DNA of 61,715 nt, the filler included, from Diploschistes diacapsis (Eukaryota), in NCBI GenBank assembly GCA_023645945.1. It is 5 parts of 5 records of this genome, joined end to end, with 100 filler letters (N's around TTAATTAATTAA, not from the genome) between each part and the next. Parts side by side here need not be neighbours in the genome. Positions count along the whole stretch, not along the records: positions 32,597 to 58,419 come from JALAIB010000198.1; 4 more parts are not named here. The stretch is one strand, 5' to 3'. Each line of letters opens with the position of its first letter. Position 1 is the stretch's first letter. Position numbers and translations under genes: made by a program. The notes below the pieces were generated by a model. That model saw only the letters and a list, made by a program, of their open reading frames with translations, was not told where the DNA came from and ran no database searches. Shown piece by piece: positions 36,298 through 48,500 of this stretch.

Positions 36298-37730
36298 CAT
36301 CAGGGCCTTGGTATCGTGCAGTTACTCGGAATTAGGAAATACGGGAACAGATAAAGTTACGCCAGTAGTTGATTTAAACGTGCTACTTGAGATGGATCAT
36401 GACGTTATCGAAAGCACATTTTTCTTTGAATAGTGTACGATATCGTCTCGTTATCAGCGTTGTTGTCCGATCGCCACTATTGACACCTACTTCGGAAGGG
36501 AATTCTCATCCAGGAGCTACCATAGATGGATCTCTGAACTCAAAAACTCAAGCTACTGTAATGATAGCCAAGACCAGGCATTGTCACTACAACTTTGCAC
36601 GGTGCGACCGCAACAGTCAGTCCATATCCCCTGGCAGCCACGAAAGGTTTCGACAAAGTATAATAGCAGCATGAAAGTGTGAATAGGTGCAGAGCTCAGG
36701 CAATACATCGAAGCAGGAGAGCGGGGCAAGGCAAGAACAGGGGAAACATTCGCTGGTTTTTTGCTTGGGGCTGTGTGGAATGGCTGCATGCTGCAATGAC
36801 TTGCTGAAGATGGAATGTATTGCTGAGGCTGTCAGGTCGAACTCGTGAAGACACTGCTAGCTAGTACTAATACTAATACTAGCGATCCAGAACAAGCTTT
36901 TTTTACCATGGTTTTTTCGATGGCGCAACATCTGCGTGCGGGCACTATGCTTGTTAGCTCCGGTGCTAGAGAGAAGGGAAGAACAACTAGGGGTTAGAAT
37001 GAGTGAAAGGCCCAAGTTTGATACTACCTTCATTTGTAACCATCGTCAACGAGCGCCCATCGGGAGCACCAACGCGCTGCTGCTCTTGAAGCCTAGCTAA
37101 GCCTCTGTATGAATCTAGAGTAAGTTAGTTAGTTGCGTCGGGGCTGAATTGTTAGCAAGATAACCGTGCCGACGCCACGCATGCGTCTAGGAAAACAAAG
37201 TTATCTGCCATTACGTGGCAATGTTCCCCATCCGGCGAACCTGAGGGTTTTTTTTAATGCATATTTGATCACCTGCATCGCAGCTGAAACCAGGCTGCAA
37301 CCACACAGAAATATCTATCCAAAAATCTCCATGTCAGAACTTTGTTGAGTAGGTTTAGAGACGTCTTAGAAGTTGAAGGGGCGGCGGCTACAAGCGGAGC
37401 GCCTTGCCTGCACATGGACGCCATATACACTCACATGTCGCCCTGGCCAGCATTAAAATATACTAATCTCTATACTTTCGCTCATTCGAGACGCGAGATA
37501 ATGGCGCGGAAATATTCCACCGGATAGCGAGGCCAGTTTTCAATCCTTGTAACATTTGCGGCAGATTGCCTCTCTAGCGCTCTAATTTACGAAACTTAGA
37601 TTCTTCGCAGGTACTCTCTCTTCACTTCACTGGCCGCGGTGGGAAGAATGAATTCTGACCGAATCGCAAAAGGTGCCAGAAGCCGGTCGCTGCTGCTCCT
37701 GCTGATCCAGCACTGCCCAGCTTGCCGCAT

Positions 37731-38891
37731 ATGGAAGTGATGAGGTCGAGTGACAGGGCATTTGTTCTTGATAAGGCAAAGCCGGCTTGCTCGGAAAGTC
37801 TTGCAGACGCACTCCTCAGAATCGCAGCCTACTGTCGCAAGGATCTCGATCGTGCCGCTATCTGGTTCCCACCAGACGAGCACACCGGTATCCCATCGTC
37901 CATGTCCAGATCTTTCCCCCGCGAGCCTCATCCTGGTCTTGATTTCCTCGGAGTACTCCCCCTCGAGCTTCTTCACTATATCCTGCTCTACCTCGACCTT
38001 CTGTCGCTGTTTCGATTTCGTCAGACGAGCCTTCTGGCCCGCCAGGCCGTCTCCTCTCTACCTTACTACCAGCTTTTGGCATCCCACGGCCTGCCTTGCT
38101 TCCGCGCCCTGCTGTTGACCCGACTTGCAGGCCACATCTCGTTGCCGGCCTTCTACCGTCTATTCTGCAGCTGGGAATGCTCCCGCTGTCGTAACTTTGG
38201 CTTTTACGCCTTTCTTCCCACCTGGACTCGCGTTTGCTACGCCTGCATCACATCCGGGCCTGAATTCATTGTCCGTACCCCATCCATTGCCCGCAAGCAG
38301 CTGCGTATGTATATAGGTACCAGTGATGACGAACACAGCAGTGGAAGGCAGGGAGGAAGAGACAAAACAAAAAAAAGCGAAAAGGAAAGAGGGAGAAGAG
38401 CGAGCGAGGACACGTTGAGCCGGCCTGGCGTACGCCAGCATTTCTTCCGCATCATCCCCGGTACATACGGTGCGGGCGAGTTCAAGCAGCACGTACGGCC
38501 TGAGGGCGCCGCCGTGGCGGATCGCCACGTGCTTGGGGCCGGCTGGCATGCCTTGGGCTACCCCATTGCTGACGATGGACGCAAGCGCGCCCTCACCTTT
38601 GCAGCCTGCTGCGCGCTGCCGCTATACGATCCCCAGACCCGGACGGTCGACAGCGGCGTTTCCTGCGCCGGCTGCCGGCTTAAGCTCCAAAGGGCCGTGA
38701 GGGAGACCAAAGAGTATTTCTGGGCGGCCGAGGACGTTGAAGTAGTGCACCTGCGAAAGTATTTTTCAAGCCATGCGGAGTCTTGCCAGCATGCGCAGCG
38801 CCTGTGGAAGGCAAGCCAAGAGGGGGCCGTGGAGCCGCTGGAGCTGGCGGAGCTAAGGAGGTCAGGGGAGCTTGTTGGAGAGGAAGAGTAG
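37731..38891 (+). CDS. F-box domain protein with Cys-rich C-terminal region
   Basis: F-box-like LGVLPLELLHYILLYLDLLSLFRFRQTSLLARQAV, followed by CSRC, CYAC, CAGC and H..SC.HA motifs. Single exon. Confidence 0.82.
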   Translation: MEVMRSSDRAFVLDKAKPACSESLADALLRIAAYCRKDLDRAAIWFPPDEHTGIPSSMSRSFPREPHPGLDFLGVLPLELLHYILLYLDLLSLFRFRQTSLLARQAVSSLPYYQLLASHGLPCFRALLLTRLAGHISLPAFYRLFCSWECSRCRNFGFYAFLPTWTRVCYACITSGPEFIVRTPSIARKQLRMYIGTSDDEHSSGRQGGRDKTKKSEKERGRRASEDTLSRPGVRQHFFRIIPGTYGAGEFKQHVRPEGAAVADRHVLGAGWHALGYPIADDGRKRALTFAACCALPLYDPQTRTVDSGVSCAGCRLKLQRAVRETKEYFWAAEDVEVVHLRKYFSSHAESCQHAQRLWKASQEGAVEPLELAELRRSGELVGEEE

Positions 38892-39463
38892 CGAAGGGAG
38901 CGGAAGAGGGTACGTCGCGCATGCTAATTTTCAGAAGAGAGATTCCCTCCCTCGGCGCATATTAAACTCGAACGTAGATGGGCCAGTAAAACAAAGAAAA
39001 CATGCCACGGATAAGAGGGGTTATGATGGGTAGATGGAATGAACGTTTCATAGAAGTTTTACTGAAGTCAGATACTGAGATCAGGTGATATCTGACCAAG
39101 CAATTAATGTCCAGCCTGGATATCATGCATGGACAGCTGATGACAACCCACTTTATGTGTACACCGCATATCTGGTCTGGTAAATCCCTTTTGTTTCTCA
39201 ACGTACACAGCCTTACGTTCAAGATGGGATATTTAGTGCGCCCACCACCTTCTTCTTGTTGTGCAATGGTTGTCTACGCTTTTCTCGACTCGCCACTTAG
39301 CATTCGGATCTGAAAGGTATTGTAGGCTGCACCTCACCAAGCGAGTTTCCCTTGACTCAAAATAGTACTTACATTTTGGTCGACTCCAGGATCTGACGAG
39401 GCCTCAACTTATCACTCGACAACATCAAAAACTTCACACCAGAGAGAGATAAACAACCCGACA

Positions 39464-41535
39464 ATGCCTGACGTTGGCGAACCTATTCCAGCCCTTGATC
39501 ATGTAAAGACTTTATCTCATGAAGACCTGGGGGTCCTATATTGATAGGTAAATTAGGCTGTTAGCGTCTCATTGCCCTCTTGGGAAGCCACTGTTGGATA
39601 TGAGCAAGGTGCAGAGTGGGTTCTGAGTAAGATGAGAAATGGATATCCGAGGTAAGACACTCTGACGCTGTTGAGATACGTATTGATGATCGCTTGACTT
39701 CGCTTAGATTTTTCATCAACCTCGAAATCCGTGATTTTGCAGACTCAATCGTCACTCAATATGGTTTCCCAGGCCAGAAGGCCATGCTGTTCCCCTCTGT
39801 GCCTATTGCAAGGCAATGCATCGACTTCATTGAAAGGAACAGCGGTACGACATATCATGGCACGATCAGGGTGAGGGCCGAGAAGAACGCAGCGCCATGT
39901 ATTTTAGACTTGGTCTTGCACGATGAGGTTGGTGAGGAGACCAATCCTGAAACGGCAATTTCTGCCGCCCTGTTTCCCGAGGACAGGCTCCATGTAGCTT
40001 TGAAATTTTGGCAGCATACCGGAGAGGGCATTTCAAGCCGAAGAGCCCGGGTTTTTCACAAAGCTTTCATCGACGGCTGCCTTGGGATTCGCTCAGAGTT
40101 TGTCATAGCACAGAACCCCAAACCGTGCGAAGCGAAAGACATGACAGAATCCGAGCACACACATTGCTCCGAAAGCCACGACCGCAAGTCGACAGCGAGA
40201 ATTGCAAAATTAGCAATCAGAAGGCGCCTCACAGGCAATTTCGACACCCCGAATGACCTTCAAGAGGCTAACAGCAAGCATTCCGAGCAAGATGCGGGTG
40301 AAAAAAGGGTTTCCGCGGATGATGCTTTTCTCTATCCATCGGGAATGAGCTCTATCTATAACGTGCATAGAGTCTTACTGAAGGCAAGGGGAGCTCTTCC
40401 AAGCATAATGTTCGGGTATGTCATCATGGCTTTGCCTGATGTAGTGCTTGGTTTGACACGATTAGGTTTCCATATACTGACACGTTGAAAGTCCTCGAGA
40501 ATTTCGGCCCTGGTTGTGTCTTTTATGGCCACTGTTCCTCCAGTGAACTCGATAACCTGCAAGAGCGATGCGAGAACGGAGAAAAGTTTCTTGCTCTTTT
40601 TTGCGAATTCCCAGGAAATCCATTGCTCAAGACCCCTGATCTGCGGAAGATAAACGAGCTTGCGAGCAGATTCGGGTTTGCCATTGTCGTCGATGAAACC
40701 ATCGGTAATTTCCTTAATGTCAACGTGCTACCATCGGCGGATGTGGTAATGAACAGCCTTACAAAAGCATTCAGTGGTACCGGTAACGTGATGGGCGGAA
40801 GGTTAGTACTAACCTGGCCGCGTGAGCAATGTCTGATCGAACCAGCTGTGTTTTGAATCCACGAGGACGGTATTACGACATCCTCCACAAGACTATCAGT
40901 CAAGACTACCAAGACAATTACTGGCCCGATGATGCTATTGTTATGGAACAGAATAGTCGAGACTTTGTCTCTCGGAACAGCAGAATGAACGAAAGCGCAG
41001 AAAGGCTGTGTCAGAGATTAAAGGAGAGCTCAATCAGTAAGTGTCTTGCGATCTTTTAAGTACCAACGGGCTACCTAGTTCTGACTGCAGAAGTCAAAAA
41101 AGTCTACTATCCAAAATTTTGCTCGACTAGATGGTGCTTTGATGCATACCGCACCCCATGTGGTGGATATGGTGCCCTCTTTTCCTTAACATTTCATAAC
41201 GACTCAGAAGCTAGGTGTTTCTTCAATGCGTTGGAAACGGCAAAGGGCCCCAGTCTGGGAACGAATTTCACTCTAAGGTGAGTTAGATTCACATTCGACG
41301 AGCAGAATGGGTTGACCAGCATAGCTCGCCGTTCGTTATCCTAGCGCACTACCATGAACTCGACTGGGTACGTACCTCGGGTACCTCGAGCCTATCGAGC
41401 TAACGTTATTAGGCTGCACGATATGGTGTCGAAGCGAATCTGATCAGAGTGAGCGTTGGACTGGAAGAGTTCTCCGAATTGCTCTGCATCTTCGAAAGAG
41501 CTTTGCGGGCTGTAGAAAATCTCAATCTCTGTTGA
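39464..41535 (+). CDS. Cystathionine gamma-synthase-like PLP enzyme (Str2/Met-7 family), multi-exon
   Basis: [16 protein letters not shown]...GYE...[50 protein letters not shown]-lysine motif [28 protein letters not shown]. Confidence 0.9.
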
Positions 41536-41862
41536 AGACGGATATTCGGAATCGCATCGAGGTATAAAAAGCGCCAATAGAAATCAATGAGAGGTTGGGG
41601 TATTTTGAGTTCCCATCAAGAAGCAGCCTGCCGATTTTGACCCATCATTAATTAGGACCTGCAACAGACATCAGACATGGTAGTTCTACGTGTAGAAAGC
41701 AGGCGTAAAGTTTCGTAGATGAATCGGATGAAAGGCCGGGGGGCGCTCGGAACCGGCGAAACTAACAAAACCTGATTTAATGACCTTTGTACACAATTAT
41801 TGGCTGTAAAACTCGCAACTCCGGGAAAAAACCCAGCCCATACAGAAATATTATTAAAAGTT

Positions 41863-41966
41863 TCGGTAGTATTACCTTGCATATTTCAACATGCTAATAA
41901 TCTAACTAAATCGAATATGTTAGTAATACCGAGTGCCGACCGTTGCGTCGAAAGTAGCTAGCTAGC
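41863..41966 (+). repeat. Dispersed repeat copy 2
   Basis: cggtagtattaccttgcatatttca...cgagtgccgaccgttgcgtcgaaagtagctagc; differences from copy 1 are mostly transitions. Confidence 0.65.
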
Positions 41967-42043
41967 CTGTGATAGCTACTAGCTGGCTACAGACGATTAT
42001 AAGTAATAATAACAACTTAATTAGTTTAATCTATTATAAGGCT

Positions 42044-42119
42044 GAAGACGATGGCTGGATGACCTTTTCTTCTTTCGTAGAAAGATGAGAGGTCGTGGGT
42101 TCGATGCCCATTGCTGCCA
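42044..42119 (+). pseudogene. Degenerate tRNA-like sequence (pseudo-tRNA or SINE head)
   Basis: 76 nt long. T-arm GTGGG-TTCGATG-CCCAT containing a B-box, anticodon-like hairpin TCTT-TCGTAGA-AAGA; acceptor and D arms are mismatched. Confidence 0.4.
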
Positions 42120-43022
42120 CCTCCCGAATATTCTTTACTCTAGGTTTTGTAACCTGGCCTAATCTTAAGCGACTAAATCCCGTTCCAACACCTTTAACTC
42201 GGCGCGTTCAACGGACGAAATAAAAAATATTCGGTCGAAAATTACAGATAATACAAAGCCACGATTACAACAATAGCTACTTACATTGACCCCGTGTAAT
42301 GGACTGCTATTTACGAATATCTTGTTTAACTCGGCTTATGATTCGATTAAATATATAAGATTTAGATATAAGCTACACTATATGTGGGATAGGGTAGGAA
42401 GCCGGTGGCGTTCCTAAATCATTCGGGGGTTTATTGAAACCCCTGCGGCCTCCCTAAATACTCTTACTCTCTCTATTCTGTCCATCTTATTTTTCGACAA
42501 GGACAACGAAAATCTCATAACTAGATTCAGCCATCTACGAGGAAAATTGCAAAGTCTTACGTCCGAAGATATACAGACCTTGTCCATTCGGTCAGGGACG
42601 GCCAGTGATGAATATCGGGAATGCCAAATACTCAGGAATCCCGACGGCTTAAAAATAAGGGACTTATTCCACCTTCTAAGACATTTCATGTGAGCAGAAG
42701 CGTATGAGAGAGTTTCCCTTGAGCTTGGATACCATTTCGCGAGCTAGACTGCGTTGCATTACGGTCTTGAGCGTTCAACGTTTGGCACCTAATTGGCGGG
42801 GCATTACATACCTATTGTCCGTACTTCGCCGCCTCGGTCTCCGCCGAACACTGCACAGCTGATGCATCCTGGATTTTCTGTTTGATACGAAATAGTAAAA
42901 TATTTCTGCAAATGCTCATCTCTCGCGATTTATCTTTCTTCAAGAATACTCGAATAATTCACATCACAGCCTTGACCCCATCTTGATCGGCGTCGGGGAA
43001 TCCCGCACCACCCAAATGCAAC

Positions 43023-43760
43023 ATGGCTGACAACGAAAAGCCGCGGGTATTGATGCTTCATGGAGGAGGAACATCAGCAACCATTTTCACCATTCAAACA
43101 CGCAAAGTTCTCTGGGCTCTGAGAAAATACTTTGACTTTCAGTTTCTGGACGCACCGTGGACGAGCCCACCTGGTCCGGGAGTACTCCCTGTATTTGCAG
43201 AAGCTGGTCCATATTACCGATGGGCCAGATGGTACGAGAACGAGGACGGCAACTTGCTCAGGGAACGCGTGAAGAGCAAGCTTAACGAACCGGGGGGACC
43301 GTGGGTGGGAGTCTTGGGTTTCTCGCAGGGGGGGAGGTTGGCGGCGGGGCTACTGTGGGAGCAAGAAAGGGGAAAGCTCGACGACCTCCTTCCAGGCCTC
43401 GAATTCAAGTTCGGCGTCTTCGTCGGCGCCAGCTATCCTGTTCTTCATCTGTCACACGGACCAAAGGGCTCGTTCAACGAGCGAGACCGAAGGGACTGGG
43501 ATCCAAAGTACCTCCACTCCATACACGTACCGAGCGTCCACTGCCAAGGCCGGAGCGATCCGGTGCTGCCGCTGGCAAAACTGATGGAGCAGTGCTTCGA
43601 CCCGAAGATGGCAAAGGTATTGACACCCGACATCCCGCATCAGATGCCCTTGGACGAGGAGGAGAACCAAGAGCTTTGCGATGCTATCATCGAGGCCTAT
43701 CGAGAAGGAGGCGGCATCCTCTGGGTCGAACCTGATGATGTCCAGGCTCCTCCGCCATAA
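43023..43760 (+). CDS. FSH1/LovG-type serine hydrolase
   Basis: LMLHGGGTSA..F..QT, nucleophile elbow GVLGFSQGG, HCQGRSDP (Asp) and PHQMP (His). Single exon. Confidence 0.92.
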   Translation: MADNEKPRVLMLHGGGTSATIFTIQTRKVLWALRKYFDFQFLDAPWTSPPGPGVLPVFAEAGPYYRWARWYENEDGNLLRERVKSKLNEPGGPWVGVLGFSQGGRLAAGLLWEQERGKLDDLLPGLEFKFGVFVGASYPVLHLSHGPKGSFNERDRRDWDPKYLHSIHVPSVHCQGRSDPVLPLAKLMEQCFDPKMAKVLTPDIPHQMPLDEEENQELCDAIIEAYREGGGILWVEPDDVQAPPP

Positions 43761-44115
43761 CCCAGCCGGTCACACGAGGCGGATATGGATCTGTTCAAAC
43801 ATACTTTCCATTTGCATGCATGGCTTAATAGATTTGAATTGCGGTATCGAGCTTGGTCTCGATAGGGTTCTGCTTGTCCCGAAGATTCTCTCTGTAGCGC
43901 TGATAGAGCGGAATATGGATTTTTAAATACTTGGCGTACTAGATACCTCCTACATCAAAGACAGCACCGGGTACTGGAGTCACTGTGCGGTCACACCATC
44001 CTGAACAGAATCATCTACGGCGTGGCCAAAGTTCTTCAAATATTGTATTGTGGCACTGCATACCACCTCCTTCCTTTTGCGTCCCCGGCTCTAGATGCCC
44101 CTACCCCAGCCACCA

Positions 44116-44649
44116 TCACTGCTTCTTCGCCGGGCTGACCAGTCCTAGTTTCGCAAACGCGTCCTGAACATGCTCGCCACTGCTCTTCCCCTGACCGCTA
44201 GAGCCCGTGATCGGTTGGGCCTTCTTGACGAACGGGCTGGGCTGCTGGTTCTGGCGCAGAATCTGCGCCGTCTTCGAGTCCTTGTATTCGTCGTACTTGT
44301 TCTTGACACCGAGCAAACCCTCGACGACGGAGCCGGGGCCATGGCCGCTGCCACTCTTAGCGCGAGCGTATAGGTAGTTCAGGTAATCGTCTTCCTCGGC
44401 ATCGCGGGCGTAGAGATCGAAGTCGTCGTCATAGGCCCCGCGAGCGTAGAGATCGAAGTCGTCGTAGTCCGCGTCACGGGCGTAGAGATCGAAATCGTCG
44501 TGATCGGCCCAGCGAGCGTGGAGACCGAGGTTGTCGTCGTAGGCGCCGCGAGCATAGATGGCGCTGGAGTAGCCGTAGCCGGGATGTTGAGCGGCGACCA
44601 GCGCGCTCGAAGAAAGAAAGACGGCGGCGAGGGAGGTTGTGAAGTGCAT
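44116..44649 (-). CDS. Secreted precursor: signal peptide + six acidic repeats ending (L/I)(Y/H)AR + basic C-terminal domain
   Basis: MHFTTSLAAVFLSSSALVAA signal, then IYAR, LHAR and LYAR x4 (36-bp DNA repeats), then an ~80-aa K/Q/G-rich tail. The ORF-track start at 44808 is probably not used. Confidence 0.85.
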   Translation of the reverse strand: MHFTTSLAAVFLSSSALVAAQHPGYGYSSAIYARGAYDDNLGLHARWADHDDFDLYARDADYDDFDLYARGAYDDDFDLYARDAEEDDYLNYLYARAKSGSGHGPGSVVEGLLGVKNKYDEYKDSKTAQILRQNQQPSPFVKKAQPITGSSGQGKSSGEHVQDAFAKLGLVSPAKKQ

Positions 44650-44810
44650 GGTGGAAATAGGGGGCACAGATTTTTGAGATATGATACGGATTTTTGAATG
44701 GAATCGAGGAGAATTAATATAAAGCGTGAAAGTAGAGAATAAAGAATAAAGAATAAAGTCGTAGATAGGTAACTGACATGGAGATTGAAACGAGACTGGG
44801 TACTTCACCC

Positions 44811-44817
44811 TTATATA
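44811..44817 (-). promoter_or_regulatory. TATA box of the secreted repeat gene
   Basis: TATATAA on the minus strand ~160 nt upstream of ATG 44649. Confidence 0.55.
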
Positions 44818-45348
44818 CCAAGCCCTCCTCCACCCTTCCAGACTGATCCTGCACCTCCTTACAGCTAGCTATCGAAGTTTTTCAGGAGACGACGAGATTT
44901 TCCTCGTGGCTCTGTTGGAAGGAACATCACAATAGTTGTTGATACGACGATACACTGTGACTCTCATGTGACTCTCATGAGGTTGGTGGCCTCGGGTGCT
45001 GGCCTCTTGGTGTGCACAAGAAGGTTACATGGTAATCCTTCTCTTGTCTTAGGTGGCAGCGTCAGGAACACTGCCTGCTCCGCTCATTCTTAATTTAGCT
45101 CATATCTGGTTCCCATAGTGCATTACATATACACGCCACAGCTGGCACTTGTCGCAAAAAAATATTTTATAATAAAAATGTATTACATAATCTGAATCTC
45201 ATTTTTTCTTTTATACACTCTGCCGTCGTCTTTTGGCCCCCCCTGTCTGTTGGGTGTTGTTGTTGCGCAACTATAATACAAGATACGACTAAAGCCCCCC
45301 CATCTAAGTATTTTTATGCGGGAATCTGTTGGGACCAATGGTCCCGAT

Positions 45349-45432
45349 GTATATAATTATGCTATACATAATTATATTTATGTACAATTATATGCTGTGC
45401 ATAATTATATATGCTGTACAATTATATGCTGA
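45349..45432. repeat. AT-rich minisatellite (~17-20-bp unit like ATAATTATATGCTGTAC), preceded by palindrome GGGACCA-A-TGGTCCC (45331-45345)
   Basis: Directly visible. Confidence 0.65.
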
Positions 45433-46717
45433 ATAGTTGTTTGCTCGGATACCTCCAACATTTGGGGTTTTACTAGATATACACTCGTCAGTGGGGTCTT
45501 AAAATAATCTACTAGTACTCGATCGAATCAGTCTGAAAGAAGCATGATGGGCTTCTGTATCGCTGCCTCACTTTGTTGGTCTTCCCTCTAGGCCAGCTAT
45601 TGGTGTAGTCGGGGCTCAGCTGGGCATTATAACCCGAGCACTTTCTATACCGGCGGGCCTGAATAGCATATCCCCCCCAGTCAGTCATTGTTCCTGCTAG
45701 CGAATTTCTTCCTACTAGACAAATTCATTCACCTTCATGGCTTATGAGTTATCATCTAGATTAGAGACCCAAATCCACCAGGGACTCTGCTGGCGTATCG
45801 ATGCAAGCCGAAGATACCACTCTTTTGCCTAACCGCCAGACATCTAGCAGCGTCAACAGCTCGGCATATTTCAATACAGCAGCCAATGGCTCCCTTTAGC
45901 TTCCCTTGTCCGTTCTCCTGTTGAAGCAGAGCTATTCTTCGAGAGAGCACCCTTTAGAGCAGAGGCTTGTTGGCTTTCTACTCGGCACTGCATTCGCTCT
46001 GCTCGTTTTTCTTCAAATCTTCTTGCGGCAATACATGTAACAGTTTGTTAATATCATCCGATTCTCTAGCCAGAGCCAATTATTTCATTAATGTCTGGCT
46101 ATTATGTAATCAAGTCCTTATTCCGAGCCGTCCTTCGAATCAATGCTCTATTTCTCAAAAGCCCGTTGGGGCAGACAAATTTGCGGTGAGAGTTCAGACT
46201 GAGTCGTTGGTTGATGCCCAAAGTGGTTTGAAGGGGCCGAGGGCACGTTGGCCGTTGGCCGCCGTTATTACCGACCCATAACGAGCGAACGAGCGCGCAG
46301 ATACGTGGCACTCGGTCCTTGCTGCACTGTTCACCGTCGGTGCGGGTAGATTAGGGCTCATTAGTTCCGTCCGCATCCGTCTTTCAAGCTGTTATTGGTA
46401 AAGCTGTCACCTTGATTGAAGTCTCGCCCACGCATCGTGCATCCAGCGCTGATCCTATGGGCTGCCCTGCTCTTCGAGACAGAATCTGGGGAAGAAGGCC
46501 GATGGCAACTGGAAGCCCATCCTGGATGAATCGTCCGGGCTATAAGAAGAGGCTCTGCTTCTCGGACTCGTGATCTCGAGGGTAGGCGTGAATCTACTTG
46601 TTTCCTGTTTCTCGACCTCTGCATAGAGACTATCATACACCGCTGTCGCTTACTGAGCAAAAGTGCGGAGTTGGGATTCGGGATTCTTGGACCTTGCGTC
46701 ATTTACTACGCTGTGAA

Positions 46718-48500
46718 ATGCCTGTATCGCATCTAAGTCTTACTGTTTCTCATCTGCCCACTTCTTGCTCGTTCTACTTAGCTGCTCTACAGCCGCTTGG
46801 ATATCGCTACGTTGGCCAGCACAACAACCACATTGGTTTCGGCGTTGACGAAGCCGATTTCTTCATCTGCCAGGACTCTCCAGGGTACGTCCGCTCCCAG
46901 AATATTCCTTTGGACGCTAAGCTGTGTCAGCGTCAAGCCAGGAGCTGCTCATATAGCATTCAACGCGCCTTCCCGTGCCGCCGTTGACGCTTTCTTCACG
47001 GCTGCTTTGAAGGCCGGTGGAAGCATCCACGACGGGCCTGCGCTGCGAGACCCTGCAACTGGGTACTACAGCGCGGCTATCGTTGATTTCGACGGAAATG
47101 CTGTGGAAGTAGTTCATCGAGACACTGGGGATCAAACGAGTGTCGTCCCTGCTCCACAGAAGAGAGCAGTCGAGCCAGTCGACGAAGCTCCGCACAGTGT
47201 AGCGAATGAGACGTCCCATCGTTCACCACTCCGAACAATAGTGAATAACATCGTCGCTACCACAACAACCTTCACCATGGCCTCAAACGACAGCAACAAA
47301 TCGAGCAAGGCCTCTTCGGCTCTGGTCGGCACCCTGCTCGGTGCCGCAGCCGGAGCGGCCTTCGCCTACGCTATGGTGATATCCGAGCACCCTGCTCCGC
47401 CAAAGGAGCCCGAAGTCAAACGCTCTCAGACCGTCTACCAGACCATCGAAGCGCCGCCAACGCCTCGCTCCGTCGCCTCCGTCTCCTCCAACCGCTCCCG
47501 TCGCCATAGTCCCTCCTATTCCAACACATCAAGCCACCGCATTCGTATGATCGAAGCTCCGCCAAGCCCCGTCTCCGACGTGTCCTCGCCCAGCACCGTT
47601 CGCCCAAGATCCATCCGCGCCATCGAGGCTCCACCACCAGCCCCTTTCCCACCTAGCATCCACAGCTCCTCACGCGTCATGTCGGAAGCCTTTTCTCCTA
47701 CCATGCCGCCTCCACCATCTGCAGAGACGTACTATACCATCGACGTCGACTCTGAAGAGCACACACCCAGCCACATCTCTCGCTCCTCCCGGCGCACAAC
47801 TACCACTGCTCGCTCGCACCGCTCCCGGCGTGCCTCACTGACCTCGCCATCCTCGTCTCATCGTTCTCGTCCCCGCCCAATCGTTACGGCTACATCGAGC
47901 ATCGCTTCAGCCCTCAATAAAGCACCTGCAGACTTTCCGCTCCCCGCATCAGCCTTCTCCATGCCCTTCACCCGCGCTCCCTCTTCGGCGCACAAATCCC
48001 GCGCCAACACCCATGCATCGGAATCGGCAAGAACAGCAGACATCCCTCTCCCCGTTTCAGCCAAAACCTCGGCCTACGTCTCGGTCTCGCGTCCCTCATC
48101 GAGCGCCTCGCCCAGGACGGCAGACATTTCGCTTCCCGCCTCCACCAAGACTTCCTACGTGACGACACACACCACAGCACCAAGCCCCTCGAACCCTTAC
48201 TCCCAGCGCTCTTCCCGTTCCCGCCGCGACGGGGATAAGGACAAGGACACCCTCGCAGCGCCAGAATCAATTCCCCTCCCGCCCTCGGCCAAAACGAGTT
48301 TCATCTCCCGCGCCCCGACTCCGCCCCGGAGCAGGGCCTCGCGCGCATCGCAAGCGACTGTCAAGCCTTCGCTGCTCACGAAGGCTAATCTGGCAAGCAG
48401 GGGTGTGCGCAAGGCGGCGACGGATATCGACGACGGGGACTCGGTGGCGCCGAGCGATAGCATTAGCCAGGTTAGCGAGAAGGAGAGGCGCGTGAGGTGA
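46718..48500 (+). CDS. VOC/glyoxalase-like domain protein with a hydrophobic segment and long S/P/R-rich disordered tail; intron 46885-46930
   Basis: MPVSHLSLTVSHLPTSCSFYLAALQPLGYRY...IGFG...DFFI|..AHIAFNAPSRAAVDAFFTAALKAGG..HDGPALR....YYSAAIVDFDGNAVEVV; later GTLLGAAAGAAFAYAM and DSVAPSDSISQV. The 3' end could include a further exon. Confidence 0.85.

Noticed and set aside
42044..42119. Functional tRNA-Tyr(GTA)
   Set aside because: The acceptor and D stems do not pair and the anticodon loop lacks the canonical U33; kept only as a pseudo-tRNA or SINE candidate.
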